Virus record (IMG/VR): IMGVR_UViG_3300016667_000241
Location: 1 to 40,710 of that record
From: a virus
Taxonomy: Duplodnaviria > Caudoviricetes
Strand: one strand, 5' to 3'
DNA length: 40,710 bases
Shown one piece after another: positions 14,803 through 24,800 of the stretch; within the stretch, counting starts at the first letter, position 1; each line of letters starts with the position of its first letter. Made by a program: the position numbers and the translations under genes. The notes under the pieces are model-generated. The model saw only the letters and a list, made by a program, of their open reading frames with translations. It was not told where the DNA came from and ran no database searches.

Positions 14803-16710
14803 ATGGCTGATCCCCGCTCCCCTCATCGCCGCATTGCGGCTCCTGAGGCTCGCCAGCAGATTGTTGATTCTGTCCGTCAAGGTCGTACGGTGACCGACTC
14901 GCTGTTGCTCGTCGGCCGTTCTCGGTCTTGGTATGATGTGCAGCGTCGGGAAAATCCCGACTTTGCGTTGATGGTGGATAAGGTCCGCCTGCGGCAGACT
15001 GACGTTGTGGCTGAGGCTCGCCGCTCGGACATCGGCTTTGCCGAGTTCTCGGAGCGGTACCTGAATACTCGGGTGTGGCCGCACATGTTGAATGTGGTGG
15101 ACATGATGGAGGGCCGTGAGCCTTCCTGGCTGGCTGAGGGCATGTTGTACGAGAAGGGCACTGGTGGCCTGTCTCGCCTGCTGGTGAATGTTCCGCCGAA
15201 CCATGCTAAGTCGATGACGGCGACTATTAACTATGTGACGTATCGGGTTGCTAAGGATCCGAATATTAATGTCATGGTGGTGTCGAAGACGCGAGATCAG
15301 GCTTCGAAGTTCCTGTATGCGATTAAGCAGCGTTTGACTCACCCTCGGTATGCGGATCTTCAGTTGGCGTTTGGTCCTGCTGATGGCTATAAGGCTACGG
15401 CTGATCAGTGGTCGGCTAATAAGATCTATTTGGGTGGGGAAGCCCGAGACTCTGGCGAGAAGGATCCGACCATTGAGGCTCTCGGCATGGGTGGTCAGAT
15501 CTATGGTAGCCGTGCGACGCTGATCATTCTTGATGACGTGGTGACCCTCAGCAATGCTGGGGAGTGGCCGAAGCAGATGGATTGGATCCGTCAGGAAGTG
15601 GCGTCTCGTCTGCCACCTGGCGGTGGCCAATTGCTGATTGTCGGTACCCGTGTGGCTCCTGTGGACCTGTATAAGGAACTGCGGAACACGGATCATTACA
15701 CGGATGGGCATGTGCCGTGGACTTACCTGGCGATGCCTGCGGTGCTGAAGTACGCACCTGAACCTAAGGACTGGGTCACGTTGTGGCCCAAGAGCGAGCA
15801 GATTCTGTCGGAGACTGACGTCCCCGATGAGAATGGCTTGTTCGAACGTTGGAGCGGTCCCCGCTTGAACAATGTGCGTAACGAGGTTGGACCAGGTAAA
15901 TGGTCTCTGGTGTACCAGAACCTCGATGTCGCTGAAGATGCCATCTTCGACCCAGTGTGCGTCAGAGGCGCGGTTAACGGTATGAGAAAGCCTGGGGTTC
16001 TGGTATCTGGCGCGGCAGGTCATCCTGCGGATTCGCAGAATTTCTATCGTGTCATTGGGATGGATCCCGCTATGTCGGGGGATACTGCAACGGTTGCGTA
16101 TGCTGTGGATCGTCGCACGAATAAGCGTTACGTGATGGACGTGAATATCATGTCTGCACCGACGCCTGCGGCGATTAGGTCTCTCATTAAGGAATGGGCG
16201 GACGCATATAAGCCTCACACGATTATTGTGGAGTCGAATGCGTTCCAGTTGTTCCTCACTCAGGATGAGGAGATCAGGTCGTTCCTTGCCGCTAAGGGTA
16301 TTGCGTATCGGCCTCATCATACGTCCAACAATAAGCAGGATCCCGAGTTTGGTGTCGCGTCACTGGCCCCGCTGTTCGGTACTAAGACGAAGCGTGATGG
16401 CCAGGAGGCCACCAAGCACGCCAAGGACAACCTGATTGAACTGCCTGATGCTTCGAATTCGGAGCATGTGAAGAAGATGATTGAGCAGTTGATCACTTGG
16501 CAGCCTGGTGTGCGCGGCTCTAAGTTGAAGATGGACGCCGTGATGGCGTTGTGGTTCTGCGAGATTGTGGCCCGTGAAGTGTGCGCCCAGTCGCAGGGTG
16601 TGTCTAAGTTTCTTAAGAATGAGTTCGCGTCTGCTCGGGATATTGAGACCCGCTACGTGATCAACCTGGATGAACTTGCTGCTTCGCAGCAGGGCTTCTC
16701 CCGTATCTAG
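14803..16710 (+). CDS. terL: Terminase large subunit with N-terminal HTH-like extension
   Basis: NVPPNHAKS Walker A, LIILDDVV Walker B, IVGTR, IGMDPA RNase-H motif, VESN and DAVMALWF. Confidence 0.93.
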   Translation: MADPRSPHRRIAAPEARQQIVDSVRQGRTVTDSLLLVGRSRSWYDVQRRENPDFALMVDKVRLRQTDVVAEARRSDIGFAEFSERYLNTRVWPHMLNVVDMMEGREPSWLAEGMLYEKGTGGLSRLLVNVPPNHAKSMTATINYVTYRVAKDPNINVMVVSKTRDQASKFLYAIKQRLTHPRYADLQLAFGPADGYKATADQWSANKIYLGGEARDSGEKDPTIEALGMGGQIYGSRATLIILDDVVTLSNAGEWPKQMDWIRQEVASRLPPGGGQLLIVGTRVAPVDLYKELRNTDHYTDGHVPWTYLAMPAVLKYAPEPKDWVTLWPKSEQILSETDVPDENGLFERWSGPRLNNVRNEVGPGKWSLVYQNLDVAEDAIFDPVCVRGAVNGMRKPGVLVSGAAGHPADSQNFYRVIGMDPAMSGDTATVAYAVDRRTNKRYVMDVNIMSAPTPAAIRSLIKEWADAYKPHTIIVESNAFQLFLTQDEEIRSFLAAKGIAYRPHHTSNNKQDPEFGVASLAPLFGTKTKRDGQEATKHAKDNLIELPDASNSEHVKKMIEQLITWQPGVRGSKLKMDAVMALWFCEIVAREVCAQSQGVSKFLKNEFASARDIETRYVINLDELAASQQGFSRI

Positions 16711-16724
16711 AAGGAGGTGAGCGA

Positions 16725-18512
16725 GTGGCTGACTACGCGCAGAAGTTTGACGCTCTCAAGAAGCGCAACAGCGAGCGTGATAAGCGCATGCGTGAAGTGG
16801 CTCTCGTTCGTGCAGGTCACGCGGAGCAGGTGTTTCCTGGCCTGTTCCCTGAGGGCATGTGGTCTCGCCCCATTGTGGCGAACCTGATCGACGTTGTCGC
16901 TAAGGATCTGTCCGAGCAGATCGGCATCATCCCGACGATCACTGCTTCTGGTGACTCGGCGCTGGATGAGTCGGCCCGCACTAAGGCTGATAAGCGCACG
17001 AAGATCGCGAACTACTACATTGCTTCCAGCAAGTTGGGCAACTCGATGATCCGCGCTGCGGATCAGTTCATCACGTACGGTTTTGTGCCGTTCCGTGTGG
17101 AGCCTAACTTTAAGGGTGGACGTCCGCATATTCATGTGGAGTCTTCCGAGGGCGCCTACTACGACATTGACCGCTTCGGTAACATGAACGTGTACTGCAG
17201 CGTGTTCAAGCGTCGCGCTGGCGACCTGGCTGCCATGTTCCCTGAACTGGCTGACAAGATCATGAAGCGTGGAATGTTCGGTGCCACTGATGGTACCGAG
17301 TACATTGAGGTGGTGCGCTGGTATGACGCTAAGACTAGCGTTATGTTCCTGCCCGAGCGTGAGGGTCTCGTTCTTGCCCAGGTGGCGAACAAGATTGATC
17401 GTGTCCCTGTTGTGGTTGCGCAGAGACCGTCGCTGGATAATCAGGCGCGCGGGCAGTTCGACGATGTGCTTCCCGTGTATGCAGCGAAGGCTCGACTTGC
17501 TCTCCTAATGATGGAGGCGACGCAGAAGTCTGTTGAGGCTCCGCTCGCCCTTCCGCAGGATGTTACCCAGTTGTCCATTGGACCTGACTCGGTCATCCGC
17601 TCAAACTCCCCCGAGAAGATCCGCCGTGTCCCTCTGGACCTTCCGCAGTATGCGTTCGCGGAGAATAACCTTCTCGGGGATGAACTTCGTTTCGGTACCC
17701 GTTTCCCTGAGTCCCGTGCGGGCCAGGCTGACGGTTCCATTGTCACGGGCCAGGGCGTTAAGGCGCTCCAGGCCGCGTTCGACGGCCAGGTCAAGGTTGC
17801 TCAGGGTGTCCTTGGTGAGGCACTCGGTGACGCGGTGTCTGTCGCCCTCATGGTGGACGAGGCTTACTTTGGTGATACTCCCCGTGAGGTGCAGGGTTCA
17901 TCTAATGGCGTGCCGTACAAGTTGAAGTACAAGCCCCAGTCTGACATTGCTGGCCAGTACGGCGTGAATGTCGAGTATGGGCTTATGGCTGGGCTTGACC
18001 CGAACCGTGCGCTGGTGTTTGCGCTGCAGGCTCGTGGCGACAAGTTGCTTTCCCGTTCGTTTGTGCGCCGTCATCTTCCGATCAGCATGAATGCTGCTGA
18101 GGAGGAGCGTGCCGTGGACATGGAGGAGATGCGTGACTCGCTGAAGGCGAGTGTTGCGTCTCTTGCTGCCGCGATTCCGCAGATGGCTTCGCAGGGTCAG
18201 GATCCGACGAAGATCATTGAGCAGATGGCCAAGGTTATTGAGGCCCGTAAGAAGGGTGTTCCCATTGAGGATGCCGTCGCTAAGGCGTTCCAGCAGCCCA
18301 AGCCTGAGCCTGCGCCTGCTGCTCCGCCTGGGATTGAGGCGATGATGGGTGGTGCTCCCGCTGGTGGCCCGCAGGGTCCGCAGCCTGGTGAGCCTGTCGT
18401 GAATGAGGCTCTTCCGCAGGGCCGTCCGCCGATGCAGCAGTTGCTTGCTGGCCTGACTGGTTCTGGTAATCCGACCCTGTCGAGCAAGGTGTCTCGCGCA
18501 GTTCCCGCTTAG
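16725..18512 (+). CDS. Portal (head-tail connector) protein
   Basis: 595 aa, immediately after terL; helical with a Pro/Gln/Gly-rich C-terminal tail; AAGGAGG SD. Confidence 0.8.
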   Translation: MADYAQKFDALKKRNSERDKRMREVALVRAGHAEQVFPGLFPEGMWSRPIVANLIDVVAKDLSEQIGIIPTITASGDSALDESARTKADKRTKIANYYIASSKLGNSMIRAADQFITYGFVPFRVEPNFKGGRPHIHVESSEGAYYDIDRFGNMNVYCSVFKRRAGDLAAMFPELADKIMKRGMFGATDGTEYIEVVRWYDAKTSVMFLPEREGLVLAQVANKIDRVPVVVAQRPSLDNQARGQFDDVLPVYAAKARLALLMMEATQKSVEAPLALPQDVTQLSIGPDSVIRSNSPEKIRRVPLDLPQYAFAENNLLGDELRFGTRFPESRAGQADGSIVTGQGVKALQAAFDGQVKVAQGVLGEALGDAVSVALMVDEAYFGDTPREVQGSSNGVPYKLKYKPQSDIAGQYGVNVEYGLMAGLDPNRALVFALQARGDKLLSRSFVRRHLPISMNAAEEERAVDMEEMRDSLKASVASLAAAIPQMASQGQDPTKIIEQMAKVIEARKKGVPIEDAVAKAFQQPKPEPAPAAPPGIEAMMGGAPAGGPQGPQPGEPVVNEALPQGRPPMQQLLAGLTGSGNPTLSSKVSRAVPA

Positions 18513-18520
18513 GAGCGTTA

Positions 18521-18712
18521 ATGAAGGCAGCAAAGCCGTCCGCTAAGGGTGGCAAGGTTCAGAAGGTAATGCACGAGTTTAAGGCTGGCTCTCTGCATAG
18601 CGGCAAGAAGGGGCCTGTGGTGAAGAACAAGAAGCAGGCTATCGCTATTGCGCTCAGCGAGGCTGGTCAGTCCACTAAGAAGAAGTTTGTTCCGTTCAAG
18701 AAGGGTAAGTAG
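18521..18712 (+). CDS. DUF6496-like small basic protein
   Basis: KVQKVMHEFKAGSLHSG...KQAIAIALSEA. Confidence 0.8.
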   Translation: MKAAKPSAKGGKVQKVMHEFKAGSLHSGKKGPVVKNKKQAIAIALSEAGQSTKKKFVPFKKGK

Positions 18713-18714
18713 TT

Positions 18715-18867
18715 ATGGCTATTGGTAAGCAGGGTGGTAAGGGTACCGCTCCCGTCGGCAAGCCGATTATGGGCATGAAGGCTGGTGGCAAGATCGTCGG
18801 TGGCGGCAATGTTGCTAAGGGCGTTACCCCTAAGGGTATCAAGGGCAACAGCAACAAGGTTAAGTAA
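18715..18867 (+). CDS. 50-aa Gly/Lys-rich microprotein (MAIGKQGGKGTAPVGKP...)
   Basis: Hand-translated; fills the gap between neighbours exactly. Confidence 0.65.
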   Translation: MAIGKQGGKGTAPVGKPIMGMKAGGKIVGGGNVAKGVTPKGIKGNSNKVK

Positions 18868-18875
18868 GGACTCTG

Positions 18876-21296
18876 ATGGCCCCCAAAAAGTTTACCTATA
18901 CCCCTGGTACTGGCGGGGGCAAGAAGACCAAGGAACTTACCGCCGAGGCAAAGAAGCGCAAGGCGCTTATGTTCCGCAGTGGTGGAAAGTCTGGCGAGGA
19001 CAAGTTCGGAAATTTTGCCAAGGACGTTAAAGACGTCCTGTCTTACAAGGGCACCTCTCCGATGTCTGACAGTAAGCGCACCAGCGTTGCTGATCAACGT
19101 AAGCAGATGGCCGCTGGTCAGGCTGCTATGCAGCGTGATCCGAATTGGCGTAGCGCCAAGACGGAAAAGGGTGACGTGGTCAAGTATGGCGTCAACTGGG
19201 GACAGAAGCCGAAGGAGCGGCTTCGCCACACCGTGAAAGAGATCGTTGGCGTAGATATCAATAATCCGAATGTTAAGGATATTGGTATCGCCGCTGCTTC
19301 GGTTCTTCCTGTCGGTAAAATTGCTCGCCTAGGTAAGGGCGTTGCTGAAGCGGCGCAGGCCGCTAAGGCTGCAGAGAAAGCCGCTAAGGCTGGAAAGGTA
19401 GCAACTAAGGCTACGCTGCCAAAGGCGGCTGGCAAGACTCGGTCGGCTGTTTCGGCTGAAGCGACTAAGGCTGCTGCGCGTCGCACTAAGAGTGAGACGG
19501 CGACTATTGCCGCTGGTACTCGTAGGAGTCGTACCGCTGAGGGTGCTACCGAACTTGAGAAGCAGGCTGCTAAGGAAAACGCTAGCACTTCAGTTAACAC
19601 TGGGCCCAAGTCAACGGTTCGGGATCTTCCCGCAGCACCCGCTGGCGCAAAGATGCCTACTGGTATGACCAAGAAGGCGCGAGACGCATTCCTTGCCAAG
19701 CAAAAGAAAATGTTCGACATCGGCAAAAAGTCGGGCAGAACTCCTGCACAGCAGGCCGAACACGCTAAGGCGCTTGAGGAAACAATTAAGGCTCAGATTG
19801 CGGCAGAGCGACGCGGCGCTCGCGCTGGCGGCGACCTTGAAGATAAATATGGAAGTATCCACGTAGGAGGAAGCGCCGCAGACTCGGGGCTTGCGCCCAG
19901 AACCAAGGCTCCCGCTGAGGCTGCTGCCACACCTAAGCAGGCTGTCCGCGAGACTGCTGCTTCTGCCCGCGCAAAGATCATGTTCGAGCCAAAGCGTAGC
20001 GACTACGCCAGAGTTCCGAGTAAGCGTTCTTCGCAGGCGGTCAAGGACAAGTACGCCGCTGATATGAAGCGCTACGAAGCAGACATGGCGGCGTGGAAGC
20101 GCAATCAGCGGATGGCTGATCGCGCTGGCAAGCCAGTTAAGCCAGAGAAGTTTGGCGAAGAGAACCCAATCACTGCCGCCTACGGCGTGCGTGGCAACAA
20201 CCTTCGCCGTCTTTCGGCGAAGGCTCGTTTCGCTCAGCGCCCTGCACCAGTAAAGGCTGCCGCTCCCGAGGCTCCCCCTGCCGCAGCGGCAAAGCCCAAG
20301 CCTGCTAAGCCCGCTAAGCCTGCTAAGCCAGCAGCGGAGAAGCCTGCAGAAACTCCTGTGGCCTCTACCCCGAAGAAGCCTTCCACCAAGAAGAAGGCTC
20401 CTGAGGCTCCGAAGGCTGCAGAGACGAAGCCTATTGAGACTCCAGTGGAGACTCCTGCCGCTCCTGCCGCAAAGAAGCCTTCGACTAAGAAGAAGGCGAC
20501 TGCGGCTCCCGCTGCTAAGACTCCTACCCAGAGCAAGACCTCTGGGAAGAAGTCCAAGGCTCCCGAGGCTGCTCCCGCTGCGGAGAAGCCTGCGGCCAAG
20601 CCAAAGACTCCGAGAAAGCCAAAGTCCACGGATATCCCGACGACTTATTCTAAGCAGAAGTTTGGTCCCGCTAAGCCGAGCGCTAAGCGCATTGCCGCTG
20701 GTAAGGAAGATGCCGCAAAGCGTCTTTCTGCTCGCACGCAGGAAAGTGCTCGTGATCTTTTCAAGCGGCGCAAGCCGAGCATCATTGGCCGTGGCATAAC
20801 TAAGGTTGCTCCCCCTGTCGCAAAGGCCGCCACAAAGGTCAAGGAAAGCAAGTTTGGTAAGACTACAGCAAAGGTTAATGCCAGCAAGCCAGTCAAGATT
20901 TCTAAGGCTGGAACTGCTGCCGCAGTTGCCGCAACTGGTGTTGGTGCTCTTGCGGTAGGCGGAACCACAAAGCCAGCAGCCAGCACCAAGGCGAAGACGA
21001 CATATCAGGCTGGTAATGGTGCTGGGATGTTCTCCATTGCCATGCGCAACAAGGCCCGCGCCGAGCAGGCCGCGAAGCGGGAGACTCCAGCGGGCAAAAA
21101 GTTTGGCGCGGCTGGCGAGTCCAAGTACCTTAAGGGCCGTTCTGCTGTTCGGCAGTCGGTAATTGACCAGATCAATAAGCAGGGCATGGCGAAGTCTCTT
21201 GCGGCTGTTCAGTCTCGCAAGAATGACCCAGAGTACCTGGAGGCGATTCGTCGCTACTACGGCGCTAAGCGCCTCAAGGAAGCACTGAAGGGATAA
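18876..21296 (+). CDS. 806-aa Lys/Ala/Pro-rich, histone-H1-like, likely disordered protein
   Basis: PAKPAKPAK, two KKPSTKKKA and APEA repeats; very basic; in the head module. Confidence 0.75.
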   Translation: MAPKKFTYTPGTGGGKKTKELTAEAKKRKALMFRSGGKSGEDKFGNFAKDVKDVLSYKGTSPMSDSKRTSVADQRKQMAAGQAAMQRDPNWRSAKTEKGDVVKYGVNWGQKPKERLRHTVKEIVGVDINNPNVKDIGIAAASVLPVGKIARLGKGVAEAAQAAKAAEKAAKAGKVATKATLPKAAGKTRSAVSAEATKAAARRTKSETATIAAGTRRSRTAEGATELEKQAAKENASTSVNTGPKSTVRDLPAAPAGAKMPTGMTKKARDAFLAKQKKMFDIGKKSGRTPAQQAEHAKALEETIKAQIAAERRGARAGGDLEDKYGSIHVGGSAADSGLAPRTKAPAEAAATPKQAVRETAASARAKIMFEPKRSDYARVPSKRSSQAVKDKYAADMKRYEADMAAWKRNQRMADRAGKPVKPEKFGEENPITAAYGVRGNNLRRLSAKARFAQRPAPVKAAAPEAPPAAAAKPKPAKPAKPAKPAAEKPAETPVASTPKKPSTKKKAPEAPKAAETKPIETPVETPAAPAAKKPSTKKKATAAPAAKTPTQSKTSGKKSKAPEAAPAAEKPAAKPKTPRKPKSTDIPTTYSKQKFGPAKPSAKRIAAGKEDAAKRLSARTQESARDLFKRRKPSIIGRGITKVAPPVAKAATKVKESKFGKTTAKVNASKPVKISKAGTAAAVAATGVGALAVGGTTKPAASTKAKTTYQAGNGAGMFSIAMRNKARAEQAAKRETPAGKKFGAAGESKYLKGRSAVRQSVIDQINKQGMAKSLAAVQSRKNDPEYLEAIRRYYGAKRLKEALKG

Positions 21297-21298
21297 TC

Positions 21299-21742
21299 AT
21301 GGCACAGGGTGGATATCAGAAGCCTTCTCGCCCTGCACCCGTGAGCGGTCCTGGCGCTCTGTCCCGTCGCACTGATGGCGGCGGGCCAGGGCAGGGCCAG
21401 CAGCGTCTGGCCAATGCCGCATACGGCGAGCAGAAGGCGTTCAGCGAGATTCAGGCTGGTGCCCCGATGGCTAAGGCTGAGCGTCCGCCGATGCCGCAGG
21501 TGACTCCGCTTGACGCGCCCACGGAGCGCCCAGAGGAGCCCGTCACCGCTGGCGCTCCCGTCGGTCCTGGCCCTGGGCCAGAGGCTATGGGCATGTCTAT
21601 GGGCATGAAGGGCCAGTCAAGCATTGACGCCAAGTCACTAGGCGCTTACCTGCCGTCACTGGAGCGCACTGCCTCGATGCCTGGGACTCCTCCGTCGTTC
21701 ATCAGATTCGTGCGCTACCTAAGGTCACAGCAGAATGTCTAG
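21299..21742 (+). CDS. Pro/Gly-rich putative virion protein
   Basis: PAPVSGPGALSRRTDG N-terminus; operon position. Confidence 0.7.
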   Translation: MAQGGYQKPSRPAPVSGPGALSRRTDGGGPGQGQQRLANAAYGEQKAFSEIQAGAPMAKAERPPMPQVTPLDAPTERPEEPVTAGAPVGPGPGPEAMGMSMGMKGQSSIDAKSLGAYLPSLERTASMPGTPPSFIRFVRYLRSQQNV

Positions 21743-21881
21743 GTTTGTTGATGATATTGCCGCAGCCGTGGACGCTCTCGGCGTCGAGGCTGCTGGAATC
21801 GTGTGGGGAATTGGGCAGACCAACTGGGAATCCCCTGAGCAGCGCGATGAGTTTTTGAATTTCATTTCACAGAAGGGTTAA
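21735..21881 (+). CDS. 48-aa hypothetical protein (MSRFVDDIAAAVDALG...)
   Basis: Hand-translated; fills the gap between neighbours. Confidence 0.6.
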   Translation: MSRFVDDIAAAVDALGVEAAGIVWGIGQTNWESPEQRDEFLNFISQKG

Positions 21882-21883
21882 CG

Positions 21884-24800
21884 ATGGCTAACGGCGACGG
21901 TTACGTTTCCATCTGGGACCGAGTGTGGACTGATGACCTTGGCGGGACTGTCGCCAAGGTAGCAGACAAGATTAACCCTATTGATGATTTCTCGTCGATT
22001 CCTGTCGCTGGACCAGCAGCGTCGAAGGTTGGAAGCCTTGTCACTAGACTTTACGAGGGAACAAACCGAATTCAGTCATGGGGCATTTCTGCCGCACCTG
22101 CTGGGGTCGAGACCCTTGACTGGAATACCACCGCTGGCCAGGTAAGCGTAGGCCAGACCGCTGTCGCTAATGCCGTTAAACTTGGCAAGCAGGTTCCCGC
22201 GTTCGGCGCTGTCGAGCCAGCAACCAAGATTATTGAGAAGTGGGATCCAGAGAATCCCATCCTCACTGACGAGTTTAATCTTCGCACTTCAACTGCCGAG
22301 GATCGCAAGCGTGTCTTCGAGGAAAGTGGACCTGGAAAGGTTCTGTCTGGAGCCACCGACACCGCCGTACAATTCTTCCTTGACCCAGCCGTTGTTTTCG
22401 GCAAGGGAATCAAGATCGCTCGTTTCGGCGGAAAGATTGGCGGAGTCTACGAAGTATCTGGTCTTACCAATCGAACCATCGCAAGTGGCAAGATGGTGCA
22501 GAAGGTTGGCGATGAGGCCGATACTGCGCTGAAGATTGCTCGTGGTGAAATAACTGGCACTCGCGACAACACTCTCGGCATCTACGCTGATGAGATTACT
22601 CGGGGAAGCGCTACCGATCTTCTTGAGCATCCGCTGTTCGAGAACAACCCGCATCGCGATCTTCTTGCTGGTATCGGCGGACGCATTACCGATAAAGAAG
22701 ATGCAATTACCTTTATCGCCGCAGCATCTGGAAACCAGAAATACATTAAGAAACTTCACGACGATCATCATTCGGCATACGACTCGATGTCTCGCGCGCT
22801 CAAGCCCAACCTCGCGGAGGTTGACGAATTTCGCCGCCCTATCGGTGAGTGGACTGATGCGATGCGTGCCAAAGCACGCGAGGTTGACGTTAACATCGGC
22901 ATGGTCCTTGAGGATCTTGTGCGCCGTAATGACGCACTTGCGCAGGCAGTCGGCGTAGTGTCAAACGAAGGCGATGCGCTTCTCCGAACCGCTGGTGCCT
23001 TTGACAGCGCTGTTACCGCATGGGGCGCTAAGGTTGCTTCCGCGTATCGTGCTTCGCGGGCAACGCGCCGCAAGTACAACGCTGGCGACATCATGAAGGA
23101 TGAGGTCAATGGCATTGATGCCATGACCAATGTCGGCCAAGTCCGCAAGTCGGGCATCGCCCTCACGAAGGATGAGATCAGTCGTCTTGAGCGCAAGAAG
23201 GGTCGGCTGCCCGTCGGCACTGGTCCCGCAGTTGCTGAGCAAACTTTCCAGGCTTCCAGTTTTGATCGCGTTGTTCGCGTGTGGGATTGGATTGGCGGGT
23301 ACCACGCTTCGGGGATGATCGACGTTCGCGGGTCAAACGTTGGTAAGTCTTCCGATGAACTTCATGCTGCGCTTACTGACTCGAAGACGATCCGTCAGGA
23401 TCGTTCTTTTGTCGAAGAGCAGATGAACATCTACCTCAGCGCAATTGATCCCACGGCTAAGCGCGATGCGGTTTACCGCATTGAGCAGAACGTTATCTCA
23501 AAGTTGATGAAGGATAACGGGATTACTGATCGCGATGCCCTTGATGATCTTTACAAGAAGATTCACTCGCGTCGTAGCAAGATGATTCAGCAGTTCAAGG
23601 AACGCGGATACGGCGTTGACGAGAACAACAACATCATTAAGGCCACTCCTCAACTGGTTAGCCAGTTAGAGACGTCTGTCCCAATGATGGATATGAACAT
23701 GCTGGAGAAGTCTGTAAAGATTCTTAAGCGCCAGGAGTACAGCGGAAATGTTCTTGGCAAGGCGATTAATGACGCGAAGAATGGTGCCGCCGAGTGGACC
23801 CCAGTTCTTGCAAACTTTTACGAAGAACTGCAGTCGATTTGGAAGGCTGGAGTTCTTATCCGCCTGGGTTACACGCAGCGTAACGTCGGCGAGGGTTGGC
23901 TGCGTTCAGCAGCGGCGCTCGGAACCATTCCCGCTTTCAAGAATATCCCGCTTAGCGTAAAGAACTTTTCGGCAAACATGGGACGTCGCGGAAGTTCCGC
24001 CATGAACATGGGCACCCTGCTGCGGGCAGAGAAAGATATCATCAAGCAGCACAATGCCAACATCGCCCTACTCGCCAAGACGAAGGGTGTGCGTGCACGT
24101 CGCGCTATCGAGAATGAGAATGAGATTCTCATTGCTCAGATGGATGACATTGTGGCGAGAAAGCAGGCCCTGCAGCGGCGCGACTTCATTGGAAGTCAGA
24201 CCAACGAGTACGGTTACGGTGCGTTCGCTGGCGATCTTGGAAACATGTATCGCAAGATGGCGTCTAACGAGAGTACCGTAGATAAGGCTCTGCGCAGCCA
24301 GTGGCAGCGCGAGTCCAACGTGCATCTCACTCAGGGCAGTTGGGTTAAGGTTAATCCTGGTGACAAGCAGTACTGGGACGAACTTGCTACCTCGATCCGC
24401 CAGTTCCGCAGCGATCCCGCGTCCAGGCTTGCACTCAGCGGAATGAGCGCCGAGAAAATGGCTCGCGAGATGGTCAGTGATTCTTTTATCAACTACCGTC
24501 GAGACATGCAGATGTCGAAGAAGGACATGCCCGCTCAGGCAGCGAAGATCCACGCAATGGTGAACCGCTACCTTCCGACTGAGCAGGTTCGCGCTGCAGC
24601 GAACGCTGCAGATGTGGCACCTGAGCAGTTGCAGTTGATGCTCGGAAACCTAGTCGCGGACGCCAAGGTTCTCAAGAAGCCCAAGGCCGACAACTTTATC
24701 GGACCTGACGGCCTTGTCGATAACGTTGCCTTCGGCAAGGCAATGGATAACTACAAAAACATTATCGCCAGCAAGGGAACCAAGAACGCCGTTCTGTCAC

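Noticed and set aside
14635-16320. 561-aa antisense ORF opposite terL
   Set aside because: Shadow ORF from codon bias of the real gene; Arg/His-rich with no motifs or plausible expression signals.
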